Assembly (NCBI GenBank): GCA_043747615.1
Contig: JAYTOU010000031.1
Span: forward strand, 92,153-156,152
Reading direction: 5' to 3'
DNA: 64,000 nt
DNA from: Myxococcales bacterium
GTDB lineage: Bacteria > Myxococcota_A > Polyangia > Polyangiales > Polyangiaceae
Notes under the pieces: model-generated
Seen by the model: only the letters and a program-made list of their open reading frames with translations
Databases searched by the model: none
Told to the model about the DNA's origin: nothing
Program-made: the position numbers and the translations under genes
Shown here: in pieces, positions 49,624 through 58,745 of the stretch
Layout of the letters: each line of letters begins with the position of its first letter
Numbering within the stretch: the stretch's first letter is position 1

Positions 49624-50513
49624 CCGCTCGGTCGACCGTCGGACGAGCGGGGCCGCGCTCTGAGAACCCAAGCGGGCACCGTCCAGATCTTCGACGGACA
49701 GGCGGCGCTCACCGCGATGACGAAGTCGTTTTCCTTTTCGAGCCAAGCGACGATGCGCGCGTCGCGAACCGGATCGTCACCGTACGCGACGTTCAAGATA
49801 GCGAAGCGCCCGCCAGGGGCGAGCACGCGGCGGACCTCGCGGGCTACCTCACGGACGAGAGCATCGCCGCCCTGATGCACGTACGGAAAGCTGTCGATCG
49901 CGAGGACCACGTCGAACGCTTCGTCTGCGAACGGGAGCTCACGCCCCGAGCCCACGACCCACTCTACGTTCGCGGGGCTCGCGTTCCTGGCGACATCAAT
50001 CATGCGGGGCGACACATCGAGCCCCGTAACGTGCGCCGCTACGTCGGCGAAGGCATGTACGTAGCGTCCCGTCCCGCAGCCAAGATCGAGGACGCGATCC
50101 GTCGATCGAATGGGAACCGCGGTGCACGCCCAGGCCACCACCTCCGTGGTCGCGCGCTCGAGAATCCCGCGATCCCCGAGAGACCACATGGCGACGGACA
50201 AGACCTCGTCCTTAGCGACCGACGCATCGAAGAGCTCGCGCGCAAACTGGATTCCGCGTGCCGGATCCTCGAACCGCTTGCCGGTGTCCGTTCCTTCGCG
50301 GAGCATCGTAGCGATCCTCCGACAGCCTTCCCGATGAAGCGCGAGGAGAGCGCCGAGGGCACCGAGCTTTCGCGCAGCGTCCCCGCTTTCGGCGGCCTTG
50401 GCGGCGGTCACCACGGCGCAGGCTGCGTCCACGTCTTCCGTGTCGCAAATCAGCTCGAGCGCGGTCATCTCCGCGGAGAGATGGCCCGACAAATAGCGGG
50501 CAATCGGGCTCAC
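49608..50513 (-). CDS. Class I SAM-dependent methyltransferase with N-terminal extension
   Basis: VLDLGCGTGR, GLDVSPRM, FDVVLAIDSFPY, RVLAPGG; 4-nt overlap with the upstream ATP-grasp gene. Confidence 0.88.
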   Translation of the reverse strand: MSPIARYLSGHLSAEMTALELICDTEDVDAACAVVTAAKAAESGDAARKLGALGALLALHREGCRRIATMLREGTDTGKRFEDPARGIQFARELFDASVAKDEVLSVAMWSLGDRGILERATTEVVAWACTAVPIRSTDRVLDLGCGTGRYVHAFADVAAHVTGLDVSPRMIDVARNASPANVEWVVGSGRELPFADEAFDVVLAIDSFPYVHQGGDALVREVAREVRRVLAPGGRFAILNVAYGDDPVRDARIVAWLEKENDFVIAVSAACPSKIWTVPAWVLRARPRSSDGRPSGYATP

Positions 50514-51814
50514 GAGGGAAGCCAGCCAAGCCGGACGAGCGTGGCGCGGTCCTCCGAGAGAAAGCGCGCTCCGATGTCGTTTCGGTAACGCACGCTCGGC
50601 ATGATGATCTTTCGGGCACGCGCATAGACGTCACGCTGCGCCGCTTCCACGGTCGGTCCTCGCGCAGTCACCACAGCGATGTACCCGACCGCGCCGCGAG
50701 CAACAAAGGGCCCGGCCTCCGAGCGATCGACCTCGCCCCAATGAAGGTGCTCCGCATCTCCGTCGTTCCACGAGGGGTGAAACGCGATGGCCGTTCCCTT
50801 GGAGAGCTCGGCGTATCCATGGCGATGCGGAAATGGCGGCACGGTGAGCGCAACGCCGATCGCCCAGTCGTCGTAGGTCGGGATCTCCGGATCACCCCTA
50901 AGAACACGGGTAAAGACGGCGTCCCATGGTTCGCGGTGAAGGGCTCCGAGGATGGCGTATCCGGGATACCCGAAGCGGCACGTCAGCTCGAGCGGCCACG
51001 GCCCGTCGTCGTTGACGATCGTGTTGAGGTTCACGTACCCGACGTAGCCGGAAGCTGCGAGCGAAGGCGCGAGGCGTGCGAGCGTGGCTTCGAAGAGCGC
51101 CTCTCCGCCGCGGTACGTGACGAGGGTTCCCATCTCGCCCGTCATCTCGCCCAGATCCCCTGGGAAGAAGCGCTTGTGCTCCCAATCGAGGTTCACCGGA
51201 CAAAGGAACCGCCGCCCGTCGAACCATGCGCCGACGCCAACTTCCACCCCCGAGACGCGCTCCATGAGGACGATCGGGGGTCGCTCGGTGAGTGGCCAAA
51301 GATCGCGCTGCACCTGGAGAGCGGCGATGAGGTCGACCCCGTCGTCGAGCTCGCCGACGTAGGTGCGCGTGGATGCAAACCCGCTCGTCTCGTACTTCAG
51401 GACGTAGCGCGCGGGGCACGCACGAACGAAGGCGATCGCGCGATCGAAGTCGTCGAAGCGGTGAGACGCGGCGATGCGAAGTCCGAGCTCCTTCAATCGC
51501 GTCTGGGCGAAGTTGCGCTCGCCTTCGAGCTTGTCTCCGAGGGCGCTTCCGCCGAGGACCGCGATCCCCTTCTTTCGTAGGCGATCCTGAAGGTCGCCCC
51601 ACCCGATGCCTTCGACGATCACGCAACCGTCGGGGCCTGCGCTCTCGACCCACGCGAGGCCGCGTTCGAGATCTCCTTCGAACGACAGGAGCGCGCGCAT
51701 GACGTCGGCGCTATCGGAATCGTCGGCGACGACGCGCACCTCGTGGCCGCGGGCTTGTAGGATTAGGTAGAGCGCACCGAGATCGACGTGATGGCCAACA
51801 CCCAAGAATCGCAT
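50510..51814 (-). CDS. PurD-like ATP-grasp ligase (not canonical PurD)
   Basis: YVLK, MERVSGVE, EHKRFFPGDLGEMTGEMG, LELTCRFGYP, YRNDIG; lacks N-terminal GxGGREHA. Confidence 0.8.
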   Translation of the reverse strand: MRFLGVGHHVDLGALYLILQARGHEVRVVADDSDSADVMRALLSFEGDLERGLAWVESAGPDGCVIVEGIGWGDLQDRLRKKGIAVLGGSALGDKLEGERNFAQTRLKELGLRIAASHRFDDFDRAIAFVRACPARYVLKYETSGFASTRTYVGELDDGVDLIAALQVQRDLWPLTERPPIVLMERVSGVEVGVGAWFDGRRFLCPVNLDWEHKRFFPGDLGEMTGEMGTLVTYRGGEALFEATLARLAPSLAASGYVGYVNLNTIVNDDGPWPLELTCRFGYPGYAILGALHREPWDAVFTRVLRGDPEIPTYDDWAIGVALTVPPFPHRHGYAELSKGTAIAFHPSWNDGDAEHLHWGEVDRSEAGPFVARGAVGYIAVVTARGPTVEAAQRDVYARARKIIMPSVRYRNDIGARFLSEDRATLVRLGWLPS

Positions 51815-51838
51815 CGCCCTCCATGGTAACGATCGGTG

Positions 51839-52810
51839 ATGAGCGCGGGTATGGTCGTTGGCGAAAGCGGCGCGGCTGAGGTGAACGAGGAAGCCCTCAT
51901 CGCCCTCGGCATCGAGCTGAAGGGGCGGGGCTATTCGTTCATCACCGTCACGCCGAACACGCAGGCTCGGGTAAACGCCCGTGCAGCGGCGTCCCGCGCT
52001 CGGGATCTCCGCGGCGTCTTCGGCTGGTCACGCCCGTTCGACGAGAAGCTGCTCGAGCCCTCGCTCCTCGCGCTGGCCAACGCCGCAGGGATCTTGCACG
52101 CCTCCGATGATGGTCTTCGCAGCCGGGTCCGGTGGTCGTCGCTCGGGCCAGACTTGTTCGTTCATTCCTCGTACCCCACCGATGGCGCCGACTCAGTTTT
52201 TTTCGGACCCGACACGGTTCGCTTTCTCGCCTTCCTTCGTCGCGCGGCCCCTCGTCGCGTGGTGCGAATGGTGGACGTGGGGTGCGGTACCGGCGCCGGA
52301 GGGATCGCCCTCGCGCGCCATCTCGACGAAGTGGGAGAGCTCGTATTGGCCGACGTGAATCCCGAAGCGTTGAAGCTCGCCCGGGTCAACGCGGCCGTCG
52401 CCAAGATTTCCGCGCGCTGTGTTCTGAGCGACGTGCTGGCCTCCGTCGCCGATCGGGTAGACCTGGTGATCTCAAATCCCCCTTATTTGGTCGATCCAAA
52501 CGAGCGCACCTACCGCAGCGGTGGCGGAGCCCTGGGCGCAAGTCTTTCTCTCCGCATCGCGCGCGAAGCGGCAAGTCGGCTCTTCACGGGCGGCACCCTC
52601 CTTCTCTATACGGGCGCGGCGATCGTTGACGGCACGGATCCTTTCCGCGCCGAGGTGATGCCTCTGCTCGAAGCATCGGGAGCGGCCGTTCGTTACGAAG
52701 AGTTGGACCCTGACGTGTTCGGCGAGGAGCTCAGCTCGCCTGCGTACTGCATCGCAGATCGCCTGGCGGTGGTGGGTGTGGAGGCCGTCTTTTCGCCCAT
52801 GCGGGAGTAA
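51839..52810 (+). CDS. HemK/PrmC-like N-methyltransferase
   Basis: VFFGPDT, DVGCGTGAG, DVNP, ISNPPY, YEELDPDVFGEEL; start uncertain (51836-51851). Confidence 0.85.
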   Translation: MSAGMVVGESGAAEVNEEALIALGIELKGRGYSFITVTPNTQARVNARAAASRARDLRGVFGWSRPFDEKLLEPSLLALANAAGILHASDDGLRSRVRWSSLGPDLFVHSSYPTDGADSVFFGPDTVRFLAFLRRAAPRRVVRMVDVGCGTGAGGIALARHLDEVGELVLADVNPEALKLARVNAAVAKISARCVLSDVLASVADRVDLVISNPPYLVDPNERTYRSGGGALGASLSLRIAREAASRLFTGGTLLLYTGAAIVDGTDPFRAEVMPLLEASGAAVRYEELDPDVFGEELSSPAYCIADRLAVVGVEAVFSPMRE

Positions 52811-52831
52811 GCTTCGCGCGTCGGAGCGCCG

Positions 52832-53692
52832 TCAACTCGCGATACGAAGCTCGCGTCGGTAGCGGTCGAAGCAGCGCGCGCCCGCACGTAGCCGCATCAG
52901 CGCACCTTCGGCCATGGGCCGAGCGAGCGCCGGATTCTCTTCGACGAGAGGGCGCATCACCTCTTGATTCCAGGCCTTCGAATGCTTGACGTCGAGCGTG
53001 GCGTGAAGCGCGAAATACCCCCGCGCAGCACCGTCGATCCCAAGGCGCTTCAGGGCCGCATTCACCTTCACGGCACGGCTGGGAGCGGTGAGCTCGATCG
53101 CCCCCAGCGCACCAATGGCGTGGTAGGCGTAATGACGGTTGGCGGCGAGTGCGACCATCAGGTTGGCGAGCGCGAGCGACTCCCAGACCACCTCGTCCGG
53201 ATCGGTTTCTTTGATCCCGAGCTCTTCGGCGAGACGGGTGAGCATTGGCCCGTGCATGCCCGAGGCATGTCCGCGACCCATCTCGTCCCAGTAATTTCGA
53301 GCGAGCTCGAGCTTTACGCGCGCCGGCATTTTTACCTGGGTGAGCGCCACGAGATCTTCGAATCCCGCTTCGCCCGCGACCTCCTGACGAAGGAACCAAA
53401 CCATGTCTTCGCGCGACGCAGTTCGTTCGAGCGCGCAAAAGAGCGGGTCACGCTGTCCGGGACCGTTCAGCTCCAGAGCCTGGAACCAATCGACGAAGGC
53501 GTCGGCTTTGGTCGGAGCCTCCGCCGCCAGCGCGCGCACGAGCTCACGCTCCGTTTCGACGAACCTCTGTTCGATGGCACGAAGCTCCACCGCCTCGCGC
53601 TCGTCGGCTTCCGTTGGCGGCGCGACCGTAGGCGTCAAGCGAGCGTGATTGTGGGCGCCTAACCTTCGCTGGACCGACGACGGATCGTTCAT
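52832..53692 (-). CDS. Heme-oxygenase-like diiron enzyme (iron-containing redox enzyme family)
   Basis: QEVAGEAGFEDL, NYWDEMGRG...HGPM, GAIELTA, YFALHATLDVKH; start moved to MNDPS. Confidence 0.85.
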   Translation of the reverse strand: MNDPSSVQRRLGAHNHARLTPTVAPPTEADEREAVELRAIEQRFVETERELVRALAAEAPTKADAFVDWFQALELNGPGQRDPLFCALERTASREDMVWFLRQEVAGEAGFEDLVALTQVKMPARVKLELARNYWDEMGRGHASGMHGPMLTRLAEELGIKETDPDEVVWESLALANLMVALAANRHYAYHAIGALGAIELTAPSRAVKVNAALKRLGIDGAARGYFALHATLDVKHSKAWNQEVMRPLVEENPALARPMAEGALMRLRAGARCFDRYRRELRIAS

Positions 53693-53746
53693 TTGGTCCA
53701 GCACATGCAACACGGAGACCGGCCCGCAAGTTGCTCCGTTGCGGCC

Positions 53747-54658
53747 ATGCTCGCCTCGACCTACTCGCCGCCGCGCCTTGTCGTCAGTGCACCTCGCTGT
53801 AGACCAAACCGCTGCGCCGCCAAAGAGCGCGACGCATGCACCTACCGGGTAGCTTGGGCGATCAACCCGCACATGCGCGTTGGCGTTGTGGCACCGATGC
53901 GCGCAGTGAGGCAGCACGGCGAATTCGTGCGCCTGCTCACCGAGCTCGGTGCTGAAGTCGAAGAGATTCCCTTCGTGCACGGCGCTTATGATTCGGTCTT
54001 CGTCAAAGACAGCGCAGTTCTCGTTCGCGGCTCGGACGGGAACCACGCGCTCCTCGCGCATCCGTACCACCATGAGCGCCGCGCCGAGCAGCCTGGGCGT
54101 CGAGCAGCGCTTGAAGCTCGTGGATTTTCGGTCCATGCCGCGCCGCGCGCACCACTCGAGGGAGGCGACGTCGTCATGCTTCCCGACGGTCGCGGAGCCT
54201 TCATGGGGTACGGCTTCCGCTCATCGCGTGCATCTGCCGCGGATCTCGAACGCTTCCTCGACGCCCCCGTCCAACCCCTTCAGCTGCGCTCGCCACACCT
54301 TTATCACTTGGACATGGCGGCCGCCGTGCTCGGCGACGAAACGATTCTCGTCTGCGAGGAGGCGCTTACCGCCGACTCTGTCCGCGCGCTCCGGCGGCTT
54401 GCCCGAGGCGAGGTCCTCTCGGTCAGCATGAGTCACGCGCGGCGCTTCGCGCTCAACGTGGTCCAGGTCGGTCGACACCTGATTCTACCCGGCGAGTTTC
54501 CGGCGCTCCGTGAGCGGTTGAGCGCGCGCGGCTGGTCTCCCCACAAAATCGCCCTCGACGAATTCCACCACGCGGGAGGCAGCGCGGGATGTCTGGTGTC
54601 GCGCGTTCACGCGGACCGTCGCATCGCGAGGACTTCGCTCGGACCGACGGCCGCCTAG
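53747..54658 (+). CDS. Amidinotransferase/DDAH (pentein) family guanidino-modifying enzyme
   Basis: AINPHM, DSVFVKD, RRAE, LEGGD, YHLD, GGSAGCL (catalytic Asp, His, Cys present). Confidence 0.88.
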   Translation: MLASTYSPPRLVVSAPRCRPNRCAAKERDACTYRVAWAINPHMRVGVVAPMRAVRQHGEFVRLLTELGAEVEEIPFVHGAYDSVFVKDSAVLVRGSDGNHALLAHPYHHERRAEQPGRRAALEARGFSVHAAPRAPLEGGDVVMLPDGRGAFMGYGFRSSRASAADLERFLDAPVQPLQLRSPHLYHLDMAAAVLGDETILVCEEALTADSVRALRRLARGEVLSVSMSHARRFALNVVQVGRHLILPGEFPALRERLSARGWSPHKIALDEFHHAGGSAGCLVSRVHADRRIARTSLGPTAA

Positions 54659-54674
54659 CGGACCAAACGCTCGC

Positions 54675-55178
54675 CTAGCCCAGCTGCTTCAGGATTGTCT
54701 CCGCGTTACTCACCGCGAAGTCCGGGCCCGGCTCCACATTGAGCTGCTTCACGACCCCGTCTTCGACGAGCATCGAGAAACGCTGCGAGCGGATGCCCAT
54801 CCCGCGCGCGGTCAAGTCTAGGACGAGGCCGAGCTTCTTCGTGAAGTCGGCGCTGCCGTCGCCCAGGAAGCGGATCTTGCCGATTCCGTTCTCGGCTTTG
54901 CCCCACGCCGCCATGACGAACCCGTCGTTCGTGGCGACGCACCAGATCTCGTCGACCTTCTTCGCCTTGAGCGCGTCGTAGCTCGCGAGAAAGCCCGGGA
55001 CGTGCTGCGCCGAGCAGGTAGGAGTGAACGCGCCGGGGACACCGAAGAGCACGACGCGTTTTCCTTTCGCCGCATCCGCGACCGAGACGCTCTCGGGGGC
55101 GGCGGGGCAGAACTCGCCGAATGCGGTGGATTCGCTGAGGGTTGCATCGGGGAGGCGATCGCCAATCTTGATGGTCAT
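54675..55178 (-). CDS. Peroxiredoxin, Prx5 type
   Basis: FGVPGAFTPTCSAQHVPGF, NDGFVMAAW, DGSADFTK, RSQRFSMLV. Confidence 0.93.
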   Translation of the reverse strand: MTIKIGDRLPDATLSESTAFGEFCPAAPESVSVADAAKGKRVVLFGVPGAFTPTCSAQHVPGFLASYDALKAKKVDEIWCVATNDGFVMAAWGKAENGIGKIRFLGDGSADFTKKLGLVLDLTARGMGIRSQRFSMLVEDGVVKQLNVEPGPDFAVSNAETILKQLG

Positions 55179-55315
55179 GCGAAGGAGGCTACTTCCGACG
55201 CGTCGGCGCGTAAATCCAGTCTGAGCAGGATCGCGCCTGAAGGCCTCCGATCTCGACGTGGGCGCGCGGCCACCTCCGGCGGGATCCGTCGCGACGGTAG
55301 GCTCGGATTTGCGAC

Positions 55316-56134
55316 TCAGTTGCCGTGCGCCTCGATCGAGACTGGCTGCCATTCGTTCCATGTCGCGAGGCGCGATTCGTAATCCTTCGTCGCGATGCCG
55401 AGGGGCGCCTTCCCAAAGAAGATGCGTAGCGGTGGCTTCTTGGAGTCGACGACCTTGAGGATCGCGGCTCGCGTAGCCTTGGGGTCACCGGGGTTCTTCG
55501 CAGAGGGACGACTCGCCGCAGCCGTGCGGACCTCGGCGTACTCGCTCAGCTGCTGACTGTGTGAGGCGGATGTTTTCGACCAGTCCGTCGAGAAGCTACC
55601 GGGCTCCACCAGCGTCACGTTGATCCCGAATCCCGCGACCTCTTGCGAGAGTGACTGCGAGAAGCCTTCGAGTGCCCACTTCGACGCGTGGTAGGCGCCA
55701 ACGGTTGCGAAGGCGCTGATGCCACCGATGCTCGAAACCTGAATGATGTGACCCGAACGCTGCTTGCGCATGATCGGCAATGCCGCCTGGGTGACCCAGA
55801 GCGCGCCGAACAAGTTCGTCTCGAGTTGCGCTCGGACCTCGGCCTCGGTCAGCTCCTCGATCATGCCGAAATGGCCATAACCAGCGTTGTTTACGACGAT
55901 ATCGAGGTGGCCGAAGTGCTCGGCCGCCTTCTGAACGGCCGCGAAGTCTGCACTTCTGTTCGTGACGTCGAGTCGGATCGGCAGGAAAGTTTTGGCGTAC
56001 TTCTCGACGAGCGGGTCGAGAGTTTCCAGCTTTCGTGCGGTGCCGGCGACGCTGTCTCCTCGCTCCAGCGCGGCTTCCGTCCACTCACGGCCGAAGCCTT
56101 TGGACGCGCCGGTGATGAACCAAGTCTTGCTCAT
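55316..56134 (-). CDS. Short-chain dehydrogenase/reductase
   Basis: ITGASKGFG, NNAGYG, SSIGG, YHASK, VEPG; aaagga RBS. Confidence 0.93.
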   Translation of the reverse strand: MSKTWFITGASKGFGREWTEAALERGDSVAGTARKLETLDPLVEKYAKTFLPIRLDVTNRSADFAAVQKAAEHFGHLDIVVNNAGYGHFGMIEELTEAEVRAQLETNLFGALWVTQAALPIMRKQRSGHIIQVSSIGGISAFATVGAYHASKWALEGFSQSLSQEVAGFGINVTLVEPGSFSTDWSKTSASHSQQLSEYAEVRTAAASRPSAKNPGDPKATRAAILKVVDSKKPPLRIFFGKAPLGIATKDYESRLATWNEWQPVSIEAHGN

Positions 56135-56226
56135 GGGGGTGTTCCTTTCGCGTGCCCAACTTGCACGAGCACTGTCTAGCGCACCCGCGCCTCCGCCGCG
56201 ACGCCAGCCGACTTTGTGAGGGCGAT

Positions 56227-56250
56227 TTGTATTGCGTACAATATAATTGT
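56227..56250. promoter_or_regulatory. OhrR-box-like AT-rich inverted repeats
   Basis: TTGTA-n5-TACAA (56227-56241) overlapping ACAAT-ATA-ATTGT (56238-56250) just upstream of ohrR. Confidence 0.7.
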
Positions 56251-56266
56251 GAGAAATCTATGTCTC

Positions 56267-56740
56267 GTGGTCGCAAAGAAAGTCAGCATCGACGCGCAGC
56301 TCTGCTTTGCGCTCTACGCCACGTCTCGAGCGGTGACTCAGGCCTACCGGCCGCTCCTGGCGCCGCTCGGTGTCACGTACCCCCAGTACCTTGTGCTGCT
56401 CGTGCTCTGGCAAGACGACAACCTCACCGTCGGGGAGATCGGTGCGCGACTCTTTCTCGACTCGGGCACGCTCACGCCGCTGCTCAAGCGACTGGAAGCG
56501 CAAGGCCTGGTCGCCCGACGGCGCGATCCGAAGGACGAGCGCTCGGTTCGCGTATCGCTCGCGCCAACGGGCCGCCGCCTGCGCAGCAAAGCCCCGGGCA
56601 TCGCGCACGACATCGCCTGCGCGCTGAACGTCAGCGCAGCGGAGGTCTCCGCCTTACGCGGGCAACTCCACAAAGTTCTCCATCAGTACCACTCAACCCC
56701 GTCACCCATCACCCGACCAACTCGAAAGAAGACACCATAA
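56267..56740 (+). CDS. ohrR: OhrR, MarR-family organic peroxide sensor
   Basis: QLCFALY sensor Cys, TYPQYLVLLVLW, LDSGTLTPLLKRLE, DERSV; start uncertain. Confidence 0.9.
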   Translation: MVAKKVSIDAQLCFALYATSRAVTQAYRPLLAPLGVTYPQYLVLLVLWQDDNLTVGEIGARLFLDSGTLTPLLKRLEAQGLVARRRDPKDERSVRVSLAPTGRRLRSKAPGIAHDIACALNVSAAEVSALRGQLHKVLHQYHSTPSPITRPTRKKTP

Positions 56741-57063
56741 AGGCTCTCTATACGGCACAAGCAAAGGCCACCAGCGGCGGTCGCGGCGGCTCGGTCGCGA
56801 CCGAAGATTCGCGCATATCGCTCCAGCTCTCGGTCCCCAAGGGGCTCGGCGGCGACGACGGCCCTGGCACCAACCCCGAGCAGCTCTTCGCGGCCGGCTA
56901 CTCGTCCTGCTTCGCCGGCGCCCTCGGCGTAGTCGCCCGAGCGGCGAAGAAGGACCTTGGCCCGTTCACGATCGACGCGAAGGTCACGCTGGCTGCCCAC
57001 GCCATCTGCCCGTACTCGGTCGCGACGCGCGGCAACGTTGCCGTGACCCTCGTCGTCGTCTGA
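56737..57063 (+). pseudogene. ohr: Degenerate organic hydroperoxide resistance protein Ohr
   Basis: KALYTAQA, GGR, GTNPEQLFAAGYSSCF, AHAICPYS; expected ATG reads ATA and the segment between KVTL and AHAIC is missing. Confidence 0.8.
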
Positions 57064-57486
57064 CGGAGGCGTTCGAGGAGTTCAGCTCGAGGTCGTCGTT
57101 CGCCTGACTACAACCAGATCAAAGGACGGCGGGCGGCCAAAGCGCCACGGCGTCGCGCGTTCGACACAAGCCACCCGCTCGGACTGCGCTTGCGTTGACG
57201 AAGCGGAGCTCAGCGACGCGCTTTGCGTCGTCAGGCCCTCGAAGCGCTCGTGTTCGCACGATCTCTAAAATTGCGGAGATTGCGCCTGATGCGGGAGAGC
57301 TCTCGCGCATGTAACGGCACGCATAGTGCTCAGGCCAGTGCGGAAATGGAGGCCTCTGAAAATGCAGACTAGCCTTGCTGCGCCCTGGGGTAGTGCGAGC
57401 GAGCGTCGCCGCATCAGCAAGTAAGCGCGGCATTTTTTCGGCTGGCTCGTCGCAGCCTCACCTCACTCTGACCCAAAGGACCAACC

Positions 57487-58641
57487 ATGATCATTCAATC
57501 GCGTTCGTCGCTCGTTCTCTTGCCCGCTCTCACGTTCCTCGCGACTTTTGCCGGTTGCGACAAGCCGCCTGCCGCGACCGAAACCACCAACGCAACGATG
57601 CCAGCGCGCGCGCCGGCGAGCGCGACCCTAGAACCGGCGCCGGCTGCTTCTCCCAAACCTTTGCCGTCGCCGGGAGACTGGATGGCTCGACTCGACCCGG
57701 ACATGAAAGCCGTCATTGACGAGCTCACGGCGTTGAACGGGAAGCCGGCCGAGACCCTCAGCGGAGCGGAGGCTCGGACGCAACCCACGCCGGCGGACGC
57801 CGTGAAGTCGCTTCTCAAGAAGCAGGGCAAGAGCTTCGCCCCCGAGGAGGTCGGCAAGGTCGAGGAGCGCTCAATCCCCACGGCCGCCGGCAAGCTGCCG
57901 ATTCGCGTGTATACGCCGAAGGGAGCGGGGCCGTTCCCGGTCATCGTGTACTACCACGGAGGTGGCTGGGTCATCGCGACCAACGACACCTACGACGCCT
58001 CTGCACGCGCCCTCACGAACGGCGTGCATGCTGTGCTCGTGGCGGTGGAATACCGCAAGTCTCCCGAGAACAAGTTTCCGGCCGCACACGACGACGCGTT
58101 CGCCGCGTACGACTGGGTGGTCAAGAACACTGCCTCGATCCACGGTGACCCTAAGCGGATCGCGGTCGCAGGCGAGAGCGCAGGCGGCAACCTCGCGGCG
58201 AACGTCGTCATTGCGGCGCGCAACAAGGGACTCCCGTTACCCGTTCATGAGCTTCTGGTGTACCCGGTCGCGAGCAGCGATCTCGACACTCCTTCCGAGC
58301 TCGAGAACGCCGTAGCAAAGCCGCTCAATCGAGCGATGATGGCGTGGTTCACGAAGAATTATTTCCGTACGCCTGCCGACGGCAGCGACCCGCGCATCAG
58401 TCTCATCGACGCAGACCTGAAGGCCATGCCCGCGACGACGATCATCAACGCTCAGATCGATCCGCTGCGTAGCGACGGCGAAAGCCTTGCAATGAAACTT
58501 CGCGCGGCCGGCGTGCCGGTGGAGCAGAAAACCTTCTCCGGCGTGACCCACGAATTCTTCGGAATGGGTGCCGTGGTCGCGAAGGCCAAGGAGGCTGAGG
58601 ATCTCGGGATTGCGCGCCTCAAGTCGGCGTTCGGCGGCTGA
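57487..58641 (+). CDS. HSL-family esterase/lipase lipoprotein
   Basis: Lipobox FAGC, HGGGW, GESAGGNL, DPLRSDG, HEFF. Confidence 0.92.
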   Translation: MIIQSRSSLVLLPALTFLATFAGCDKPPAATETTNATMPARAPASATLEPAPAASPKPLPSPGDWMARLDPDMKAVIDELTALNGKPAETLSGAEARTQPTPADAVKSLLKKQGKSFAPEEVGKVEERSIPTAAGKLPIRVYTPKGAGPFPVIVYYHGGGWVIATNDTYDASARALTNGVHAVLVAVEYRKSPENKFPAAHDDAFAAYDWVVKNTASIHGDPKRIAVAGESAGGNLAANVVIAARNKGLPLPVHELLVYPVASSDLDTPSELENAVAKPLNRAMMAWFTKNYFRTPADGSDPRISLIDADLKAMPATTIINAQIDPLRSDGESLAMKLRAAGVPVEQKTFSGVTHEFFGMGAVVAKAKEAEDLGIARLKSAFGG

Positions 58642-58745
58642 CCTCACATTCCGCCGGCGAGGGCGCTCAGCAAGCTGACCAGCGCTTGCGCCGGCGATGA
58701 CGGCTCCGACTCCTACGTCATTCATATGGTATCCGAGGGATCACG

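Noticed and set aside
50510..51814. Calling this gene purD
   Set aside because: It lacks the canonical N-terminal and GPNTGGMG motifs and has no purine-gene context.
52832..54136. 434-aa diiron enzyme overlapping the pentein gene head-to-head
   Set aside because: The first 148 residues are largely the antisense shadow of the pentein gene and have no motif.
56152..57063. 303-aa ORF as an N-terminally extended Ohr
   Set aside because: The upstream part is an off-frame shadow of ohrR; Ohr similarity begins only at 56737.
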